64,000 bases of DNA from an uncultured bacterium (GTDB taxonomy: Bacteria; Cloacimonadota; Cloacimonadia; Cloacimonadales; TCS61): positions 9,010 through 73,009 of the forward strand of contig CBDUTJ010000008.1 of assembly GCA_965370415.1 (NCBI GenBank), in the 5' to 3' direction. Positions 57,455 to 64,000 of the stretch are shown one piece after another (within the stretch, counting starts at the first letter, position 1; the number at the start of each line of letters is the position of its first letter). The notes beneath the pieces are model-generated. The model ran no database searches. It worked only from the letters and a program-made list of their open reading frames with translations, and was not told the origin of the DNA. Both the position numbers and the translations under genes were made by a program.

Positions 57455-58498
57455 TTATAGTAAATGAAGTAATTTTAAAAAACGAGAATCAATTCTCACT
57501 AGTTCTTTAAACCATGAGATCACATCTTCTCTTTCAAGATTATCTACTATCTCTGCAACTCCCATATTTTGGAATTTATCGACAAATCTGCGATTCTTTT
57601 TTATCCATTTTTTTAACTGTTCATAACCTACGGGAGGTAAACTTTTATTTTTACTATGTCTATCAGTAAAATAATCAGAGGTCAGCTTCATAGCACCCTC
57701 GACAGTATTAGTGTTTCTAAAGTCAATAAGTTTGAATAATACTTCTGGAGTTATTGCAACAGAGTAAAGAGTTTCTTTCTTAGCTACCTCTTTTTTATAT
57801 CTCTCTTTAAACTTACTTAATTCTTCTATTGTTTCCAGATATATCCCTTTATAATGCTGAGATTCTTTGAAATTCTTTTTAACTTCCTCTCTCAATAAAT
57901 AAACCTGATAAAATTGCAAATACTGGTTTATTATGATCTCATAGTTAGTTCGTAACTGCGTTTCCAGATCAATATAATCCTCGTTACTTTCTATTATTTT
58001 ATTATTTACGTTGAATAAATTTATAAATTTCGTATATATGATAAAGAATCCAAGAAAATTGAACTTAATCTCGTATTGCTTGATAAATTGTAATATTTCT
58101 CCAGAAAAAACATCTGAGGATCCTGATTTAAATGATTCCAGAATATTATCAAAGTGTTCGCTTAAAAAATTATTGTAAACAATAATTCCCATGTTGTCTT
58201 TAAGCATATCACTTTCATCACTGAGTTTATTACACAAATTGACCAGATCCTTTTTCTGTTTTTGGATCTCAGAATAAAGAAATGAGTGATATCCTATACC
58301 ATCTCCTAAGCTGGTAGTATCATATTCAGATTTATTCGGATATAATAATTTGGACAGTTCCATTTCTGATGCCCTGGATAATATATCAAATGGTTTTTCC
58401 TGGATTTGCAAGACTTCATAGATACTTGTGTGCCCCAAATTAAAAAGGTTATTAGCATCCAATAACTCAATCATTGAAATAGTTTCATTGTCTTTCAT
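57455..58498 (-). CDS. Hypothetical 347-aa protein
   Basis: Long ORF with a GGAGGAA SD upstream. Predicted helical. No motif recognised. Confidence 0.6.
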   Translation of the reverse strand: MKDNETISMIELLDANNLFNLGHTSIYEVLQIQEKPFDILSRASEMELSKLLYPNKSEYDTTSLGDGIGYHSFLYSEIQKQKKDLVNLCNKLSDESDMLKDNMGIIVYNNFLSEHFDNILESFKSGSSDVFSGEILQFIKQYEIKFNFLGFFIIYTKFINLFNVNNKIIESNEDYIDLETQLRTNYEIIINQYLQFYQVYLLREEVKKNFKESQHYKGIYLETIEELSKFKERYKKEVAKKETLYSVAITPEVLFKLIDFRNTNTVEGAMKLTSDYFTDRHSKNKSLPPVGYEQLKKWIKKNRRFVDKFQNMGVAEIVDNLEREDVISWFKELVRIDSRFLKLLHLL

Positions 58499-58682
58499 TA
58501 TTCCTCCAGTAATATCATTCAGTCCTTAATAAACTTCATCAAATTTTCGCGCCAGTGAGAAAAACAAAAAAGGCTCAGTAACACTATCTATAATGTGAAT
58601 GATAACTTTGAGAAACCAGTTGAACGACTTGAGGAAACCATTATTTAAAGAGCCCCCTTTGAACCTCTTTCAAGGCACTTCA

Positions 58683-58772
58683 TCAAAGCCTGGGAGTAAA
58701 ATCGAAAGATTTTTTCTTCCATACTTCTTTAATTGGAACTCTTTGAATTTTACCAATCCCTTTATTCTCCAA
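58683..58772 (-). pseudogene. 29-codon remnant resembling the N-terminus of DUF4268/NucS-like defence-island nucleases
   Basis: TTG-initiated ENKGIGKIQRVPIKEVWKKKSFDFTPRL then stop. The V/I-P-[IL]-K/R-E-V-W-K-x-E/K-x-x-DFTP-W/R-L pattern is one I recall at the N-termini of that family. Only the first ~29 codons remain. Confidence 0.3.
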
Positions 58773-58777
58773 ATATT

Positions 58778-58906
58778 TTAACTTTTTCTTTTGATAGTTT
58801 CAACAACAGTAGTAGATGGTCTTCTTTGGGCTTCTTTAACTTTAATAAATCGACCTGTTTTTGCATCACGACCGATTTTATAAACAATAATTTTTTTCTT
58901 AGGCAT
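58778..58906 (-). CDS. 42-aa basic small protein (below the ORF-track cutoff)
   Basis: ATG 58906 is preceded by AAGGGGA. Product MPKKKIIVYKIGRDAKTGRFIKVKEAQRRPSTTVVETIKRKS. The GRD-x-KTGRFI..KEAQRRP pattern recalls a widespread small-protein family of unknown function. Confidence 0.45.
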   Translation of the reverse strand: MPKKKIIVYKIGRDAKTGRFIKVKEAQRRPSTTVVETIKRKS

Positions 58907-58919
58907 AATATCCCCTTAA

Positions 58920-59093
58920 TTATTTATAAATATTCCAGGTAATACAATTAAGCACACCACCCTCTTTGATTATATCATTGGAAACGATCGTAGTGATTTT
59001 AGTATCAGGAAAAATATTCTTGAATTGAGCGATCATATTCTCATCTTCTCTACTATAATAAATTGGTACAAAATTTAAAAAAGAATTCCATGA
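58920..59093 (-). pseudogene. C-terminal fragment of an agmatine deiminase / PAD-family (guanidino-modifying) enzyme
   Basis: SWNSFLNFVPIYYSREDENMIAQFKNIFPDTKITTIVSNDIIKEGGVLNCITWNI resembles the family C-terminus (..Y.NF....v.P.f.d..D..a...l...FP.r.v..v....i...GG..HCiT.Q) with the catalytic Cys present. The upstream ~300 codons are missing and mcrC abuts it. Confidence 0.35.
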
Positions 59094-59121
59094 TGTGATA
59101 CTGCACCATGGCACTATTTCG

Positions 59122-60252
59122 CTAGATCTGCTGGAACTCATGAGAAAGCTTCACAAGGTTTAACAATTGTTTGCGAATTACATCAGCTTTAGCAGCTAGA
59201 TCTACAGTAGCAAATCTGATCGCATGTCCCTGGATAAGTACAGTTTCATCAATCATGTGTCCGATTGCTGGGTGTAATAGTAATCCTGTTGCACGATTTG
59301 CCATAATATCATCTGGTCTCTCCTGAGAACGTAAGTAAGTATATATCTGATATATGTATCCACTTCTAATGGATTTCTCTCTATACCAGCCTGAAGTTAA
59401 TATTGAATTAAATTTTGTATCTATCACAATACGATGGTTAGTCTCAATATTTTCAAGAACTATATCCGTTATCATTAAAGGCAATATCTGATCAATTGAT
59501 GCAGTTTTATGATCAATCATCCAATGATATGTCCTACCAGGGTACACTTTCCATTTATCTGACGGTAGTACTACATCGTAAAAGCCACCTATTGCCTTCT
59601 CAAATAATTTTCTTACCCAAGTTATTTCTCGAGCTGGAAGAGAAAGATATCTACTTCCCGCAGATTCTGTAGGAAGTGCAATTTCAAAAGCTAGCTGTGC
59701 AGCGGAAACCATCAATTTATCATCTATATCATGACGACCATACCTATCTACACTGATTTCTCTTAAAGTTGGACGTATACCGGAGACACCTAAATTCTCA
59801 AAACTATTTGCCAGAACCTTACATTTCTTAGCTAGAGTCCTATTAGTAACGACAGCGGAAATAGTTTCAAGTGCTGCCCGGACAAAACGATTACGTTTGG
59901 TATTTATAGTTAAATCTTCAAATCTGCATGCAATCTGACCTCGGGATAGTAACCGATGCCGTTCCGTCGTAAGCAAGTCAATTCGCCCACGAACACGATT
60001 TAAAATGGAATTCTTTGTTTGGTAACCAAAGCTTAAATTTCTTTTTAATCTTCTCTCTACAATGTGCGATAATAACTCAGCAATAAGGTCAGGAATATCA
60101 TCAGGATTATCTTCAACAGCAACTGATCCTTTGTTGAGTTCACGGAACAAATCAGATGCGTATAACATTAAAAGCCAAAGATTACGAACTGGTATTTGAC
60201 CGATAGAGCCAAGATTAGTATTCATTTCTGCATTTATTGCTGTAGGCATCAA
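59122..60252 (-). CDS. mcrC: McrC-like nuclease subunit of the McrBC restriction system
   Basis: 376-aa ORF with a 4-nt overlap onto mcrB. C-terminal PD-(D/E)xK-like RIVIDTKFN motif, in the position and size typical of McrC. Confidence 0.75.
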   Translation of the reverse strand: MMPTAINAEMNTNLGSIGQIPVRNLWLLMLYASDLFRELNKGSVAVEDNPDDIPDLIAELLSHIVERRLKRNLSFGYQTKNSILNRVRGRIDLLTTERHRLLSRGQIACRFEDLTINTKRNRFVRAALETISAVVTNRTLAKKCKVLANSFENLGVSGIRPTLREISVDRYGRHDIDDKLMVSAAQLAFEIALPTESAGSRYLSLPAREITWVRKLFEKAIGGFYDVVLPSDKWKVYPGRTYHWMIDHKTASIDQILPLMITDIVLENIETNHRIVIDTKFNSILTSGWYREKSIRSGYIYQIYTYLRSQERPDDIMANRATGLLLHPAIGHMIDETVLIQGHAIRFATVDLAAKADVIRKQLLNLVKLSHEFQQI

Positions 60253-62648
60253 ATCCCTTTTAAAAGTTCTTCATTTGCCTTTTTAACCTTCTCCTGCTTA
60301 TCAAACCAGTATTCCTCAAGTAATGGAACAATTTCTGTCTTTACAACTTGGATGTACCATTTTCGAGTATCTATGATTTGGGTTTTCAATGGAGGTGTAA
60401 CATAACTATGTCCAATTCGAAATTGCTTTCCAAGACTGAAATCTGATTCAATTTCTTCATTTAGTGATGTTATGCGAATGTGAATCTCTTTCAATATTTC
60501 AGGATTGACATGACATTCATTAACCACCCATTTTCTCCAGATTTCATTAAAACAAGGTTCCAATTCTACAAATGCGAAACGACGCCTTAAAGCAAAATCA
60601 ACGAGAGCAAGGGAGCGATCGGCAATATTCATAGTTCCAATAATATATAGATTATCTGGGATATATACTCGTTCATTCTCCTCACGCCTGTAACATAGTT
60701 CTAAAGCTTCATCAGGTGTCCGTTTATCAACTTCTAATAAGGTTAACATTTCACCAAAGATTTGTGCTGGATTCCCTCGATTTATTTCCTCGATTACAAT
60801 TACATACTTATCTGAAGAATTAGTTAAAGCTAATTTTACTGATTCCATGAATGGACCATCAACCATCGAAAGTTTACCTTCTCCAACAGGACGCCACCCC
60901 CGGATAAAATCTTCGTAAGATAGGTTTGGGTGAAATTGAACAGCTCTAATTCTACTTTCATCTTTCTGACCCATTAAAGCCTGAGCCAATCTTTTTGCAA
61001 GCCATGTTTTACCTGTGCCTGGAGGTCCTTGTAGAATTAGGTTCTTTTTGGTACGAAATCGTTCGAGCATAGAGGCTATTTCTTCTCGATCAACAAAACA
61101 CCCATCTTTAACAATATTATCAATCGTATAAGTTTCAATAGGGGGTTGAATTATCTCATTTTCAGATTCTGAGTCAGGAAATTCCATGAGTAATCTGTAT
61201 TTTCCATTACCTAGAAATTCAATTATCCCATCATCACGAAGCAACTGATAATTACGATCTATTGTGAATTCAATCGTATTATTCTGGGGGTAAGCAGCTT
61301 GTAGATCATTTAAATATACTTCTAGAAATTGCTGTCGATTAAACTCTTTTGAATTAGTATTTTCACAAAGCTTTAATATGTACTTATAAATTAGATCCTT
61401 CCATCTTTTCTCCCTAATATCATCATACGGAGTTGGGGCTTTATAAAGCCATGCTGATAAGGATAATTCAGGATATGAATGTACTGGATAACCATCCTCT
61501 TGAAACCGTGTTTCCAAATCACCCATAACAGCAAAGTAATCTAATGCACTACACCGATTCTGGGGTCCATTAAGTCCAATTTCTATCCTCAGTTTCTTTG
61601 AAATGTATTGTCTGGAATTACCATCAAGAGTTGGGTAATTCCATGGTCGAATCCAATATAAACCCATCGTAAGATTCCATCCTACGCCATGAATATTTGC
61701 TGCAGCATTATATGCTTCGATAAAAGATGATTTATCTTCTGTCTCTTCTGAATCAGCGTGTTTAATTGCCTCTTCAAACACCTTCCAAAGTTTATCTATA
61801 TCATCAGGTTTGCGATCAGCTTCATATCCATAAAACCAGGATCTTAAATTATTTAAAGTGGGTATTCCATCAAATTTATCCGGAATAAGTTCTCTAATAT
61901 CCAGGAATTCAGCTAACTCTTTGGTAATGGTCTTTCTATTTGAATCTGTTATACCTCGATTAAACATACCAAAGATCGTGAATGGGCAAATATCTCTTAG
62001 AAAAGTAGTTGTCCCATTAGATAGTTTTTCTTCCAAATAAGATAAATCAACTCGCTTTGCTATTTTTTCTATTGCAGACACTAAATCTGAACGATCATTT
62101 TTATATATAAGAAGTTTATCTGCTAAAGCGGTATAGAATTTTGTCCATTGAAATCTCCGTTCATCCTCAACAATATCACCAAAACGCTCTCGCCAAAATG
62201 GATCATTTCTAAATCGATCAATATCTTGCTTTTTATCATGAAAAGCAAAATCTATTAAACCAACTTTAGTCCATTCTTCTGGTAAAACACGCCATATAGT
62301 TGTTCTGTTAGTAAAGAAGTACCATTCTTTGACTGGATCAATTTTTGTCCATTCCACTTCAATTTTTGTCCCATCATTATAATTTTTGGTAATTTCACCA
62401 ATGGCTTTAATTGCAATTACAGAGACCATATTGTTTTTATTATCAAATGGGAGATCATGCTTACGGGTATAAGAAGATTTTATTGCAATTCTTTCACCTG
62501 GTAGCATTGATTTAACTAAATCTAAATATTTATTCTCATATCCGTTCTCCCAGATACCATCTGCGATGAAGCGATTAGATTGATCTTTATCATCAATAAT
62601 TGCACCTACAAACCAACATACTTTGTCTCCAGTGTTTAAATTATTCAT
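60249..62648 (-). CDS. mcrB: McrB-like AAA+ GTPase subunit with a long (~520 aa) N-terminal extension
   Basis: Walker A LILQGPPGTGKTW, Walker B VIVIEEINR, and the McrB signature GTMNIADRSLALVDFALRRRFAF. Confidence 0.85.
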   Translation of the reverse strand: MNNLNTGDKVCWFVGAIIDDKDQSNRFIADGIWENGYENKYLDLVKSMLPGERIAIKSSYTRKHDLPFDNKNNMVSVIAIKAIGEITKNYNDGTKIEVEWTKIDPVKEWYFFTNRTTIWRVLPEEWTKVGLIDFAFHDKKQDIDRFRNDPFWRERFGDIVEDERRFQWTKFYTALADKLLIYKNDRSDLVSAIEKIAKRVDLSYLEEKLSNGTTTFLRDICPFTIFGMFNRGITDSNRKTITKELAEFLDIRELIPDKFDGIPTLNNLRSWFYGYEADRKPDDIDKLWKVFEEAIKHADSEETEDKSSFIEAYNAAANIHGVGWNLTMGLYWIRPWNYPTLDGNSRQYISKKLRIEIGLNGPQNRCSALDYFAVMGDLETRFQEDGYPVHSYPELSLSAWLYKAPTPYDDIREKRWKDLIYKYILKLCENTNSKEFNRQQFLEVYLNDLQAAYPQNNTIEFTIDRNYQLLRDDGIIEFLGNGKYRLLMEFPDSESENEIIQPPIETYTIDNIVKDGCFVDREEIASMLERFRTKKNLILQGPPGTGKTWLAKRLAQALMGQKDESRIRAVQFHPNLSYEDFIRGWRPVGEGKLSMVDGPFMESVKLALTNSSDKYVIVIEEINRGNPAQIFGEMLTLLEVDKRTPDEALELCYRREENERVYIPDNLYIIGTMNIADRSLALVDFALRRRFAFVELEPCFNEIWRKWVVNECHVNPEILKEIHIRITSLNEEIESDFSLGKQFRIGHSYVTPPLKTQIIDTRKWYIQVVKTEIVPLLEEYWFDKQEKVKKANEELLKGI

Positions 62649-62660
62649 AAAACCTCCTGA

Positions 62661-63104
62661 CTACTTCCATTTCTTAGGATCATCATTGAATCCTGATTTC
62701 TCAAGTTTTTTAAGTTCTGAAAATATTTTCAGATCTGAAGACTTAATATGTTCCCAAGCTCTCTTAAAGGCTGGTTTTTTTAAGTTGTCTTTAATTCCGT
62801 CTCTCCAATAAATCCAAGTTTTTCTAGAAATTCTCCCCCTTTGTCTTAAAAAGACTTCTTCATTTGAGAGATCAATATAAGAGAAGAAATCATCTAAAGT
62901 TCCATTAAATTCTCTTTTGGATAATTCCTCTCCAAGTATTGCTTTTATTGGAATTCGATTAATAATTTGTCTATACTCGTGATCCAAACCATCTTCAAAG
63001 CTAGCTATTGCATTTTTTTTAGAATAAATTAATTGTTTCATGGCAATAATAATACCAACTGCGATGGCAACAGCTGCAATTGATTGAATTATTTCATATA
63101 CCAT
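62661..63104 (-). CDS. Small N-terminally membrane-anchored protein, function unknown
   Basis: 147-aa ORF with TM helix IIQSIAAVAIAVGIIIAM. Starts 12 nt upstream of mcrB. Confidence 0.55.
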   Translation of the reverse strand: MVYEIIQSIAAVAIAVGIIIAMKQLIYSKKNAIASFEDGLDHEYRQIINRIPIKAILGEELSKREFNGTLDDFFSYIDLSNEEVFLRQRGRISRKTWIYWRDGIKDNLKKPAFKRAWEHIKSSDLKIFSELKKLEKSGFNDDPKKWK

Positions 63105-63134
63105 TATGAACTCCTAAGTTTATAATATTATTTT

Positions 63135-64000
63135 TTATTTAACAGCCGCAGAATCTTTCTTATTTTTGTTCAACGATAATTTCACTTTAAACAAAACAAA
63201 TATATTTTTATCAATGCTTTTTACTTTTTCCTCAATTGATTCAATGTAACTTGAGAAAATATCAATATAAACTTCCTTTGCTCTTTTCCAATCATCAAAT
63301 GCACCCATACAGGCCAAAACATGACGATTCAAATAGACGGAATTCGGGTTTTCAATTTTTTCTTTACAAAGATTTTGTAATGGTTTTAATAAATAAATAT
63401 TCGTAATATAATAGTCTCGTTGATCTTCTTGATCTTGGTAATTGGCAAATATCTCATCAAATTTATCAAAAAAGGGATCCTTTCCTCTTTTGTATGTCGT
63501 TTTGTAAAGTTGTGCTCCAGTATCAAATATTTCTCTGATTTTGTTAATGTTATAGTTCCACTCATCAAGGTAATTATTAAACTTTGTAACCATTGTTTCA
63601 AAATCAACTATATATCGAATTGATATTGTTTCAAGTACATCTAGATTAGTGGATATGTATTTAAATTCTTCAGCCTGTTTTCGACTTTTTAAAATTTTAT
63701 CTATAATTAATTCTAAAGGAACTTTTCTTAATGAATTAAAATTAAAACTGCTTATAGCTTTCATTTTATAAATTGAATATGTTTTTTCCTCTGTTAGCAA
63801 TTCTACTAACGCTTTAACATTTTCTGATTGTTTCATTGCTGCATCTAAAACAGTGGTTAGAAAAAATATATACATTCGTTGGAAATTAATTCTTTTTTTG
63901 CGAGTGGTTAAATAGTAATTTAGAAACACTCCAAACATAGTAGCAATTATACCAAAAGCAAAAGTAATTATGAGATCTAACGGGATTCCAAATATTTTTC
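63135..64000 (-). CDS. Membrane-anchored hypothetical protein, N-terminus beyond the right window edge
   Basis: The frame of listed ORF 63135..63938 stays open to the window end. The extension encodes a TM-like segment (..IFGIPLDLIITFAFGIIATMFGVFLNYYL). Confidence 0.55.
   Translation of the reverse strand, partial: KIFGIPLDLIITFAFGIIATMFGVFLNYYLTTRKKRINFQRMYIFFLTTVLDAAMKQSENVKALVELLTEEKTYSIYKMKAISSFNFNSLRKVPLELIIDKILKSRKQAEEFKYISTNLDVLETISIRYIVDFETMVTKFNNYLDEWNYNINKIREIFDTGAQLYKTTYKRGKDPFFDKFDEIFANYQDQEDQRDYYITNIYLLKPLQNLCKEKIENPNSVYLNRHVLACMGAFDDWKRAKEVYIDIFSSYIESIEEKVKSIDKNIFVLFKVKLSLNKNKKDSAAVK

Larger units (their letters stand above)
13997..64000. mobile_element. tRNA-Arg-linked mosaic genomic island / accessory region (right boundary not in window)
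   Basis: The integrase gene starts 156 nt after the tRNA 3' end. Everything downstream is accessory-type content: R-M, McrBC, three tyrosine recombinases, excisionases, gene remnants and orphan giant genes. No second copy of the tRNA 3' end (attR) was seen in the window. Confidence 0.5.

Noticed and set aside
1-64000. CRISPR arrays, rRNA genes, IS elements with transposases, reverse transcriptases (retron/DGR).
   Set aside because: I saw no regularly spaced short direct repeats and no rRNA-like conserved blocks. No DDE or HUH transposase, or YxDD reverse-transcriptase motif, occurs in any listed translation.
13997-64000. Search for attR: a direct repeat of the tRNA-Arg 3' end (..GTTCGAATCGCGCCGGGGGTACCA).
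   Set aside because: The GC-rich patches I could spot by eye (15408-15522, 30198-30224, 51186-51206, 55250-55310, 57243-57256) do not match the tRNA 3' half. The island boundary therefore cannot be set within this window.

Overview
AT-rich, almost gene-saturated bacterial window, mostly minus-strand, with clear GGAG-type Shine-Dalgarno sites. Bases 1-13.9 kb look like core chromosome of a type IX secretion (T9SS) organism, possibly FCB-group or Cloacimonadota-like (taxon is a guess): an MCE/MlaD protein plus lipoprotein, a 2032-aa SprA/Sov-like outer-membrane barrel, coaX, a 2x[4Fe-4S] ferredoxin, TatD and an M20 amidohydrolase. A tRNA-Arg(CCT) at 13920-13996 followed by a tyrosine integrase opens a mosaic accessory region that runs to the right edge. 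In order it holds: (i) a 1066-aa type IIG-like N6-adenine methyltransferase with two PD-(D/E)xK nuclease-like genes; (ii) a 1.2-kb non-coding stretch with three copies of a 44-bp repeat; (iii) a 7-gene operon (B12 radical-SAM enzyme, two SAM methyltransferases, membrane protein, ABC importer); (iv) a tightly coupled 18.3-kb, 7-gene operon (30381-48695). That operon encodes a NUDIX-membrane fusion, a 79-aa protein and five giant proteins (882, 1155, 1092, 1626, 785 aa) in which I find no catalytic, NTPase, secretion-signal or repeat motifs. It is bracketed by ~50-bp direct repeats containing terminators and is my best candidate for an undescribed system. Next come: (v) an M28-like peptidase plus Cys-rich protein pair; (vi) an integrative-element module (two more tyrosine recombinases, three excisionase-type HTH proteins, a P-loop replication-like protein); (vii) decayed gene remnants; (viii) McrBC plus small membrane proteins. 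I saw no rRNA or CRISPR array. All family assignments come from motifs read by eye and recalled family knowledge; no searches were run.
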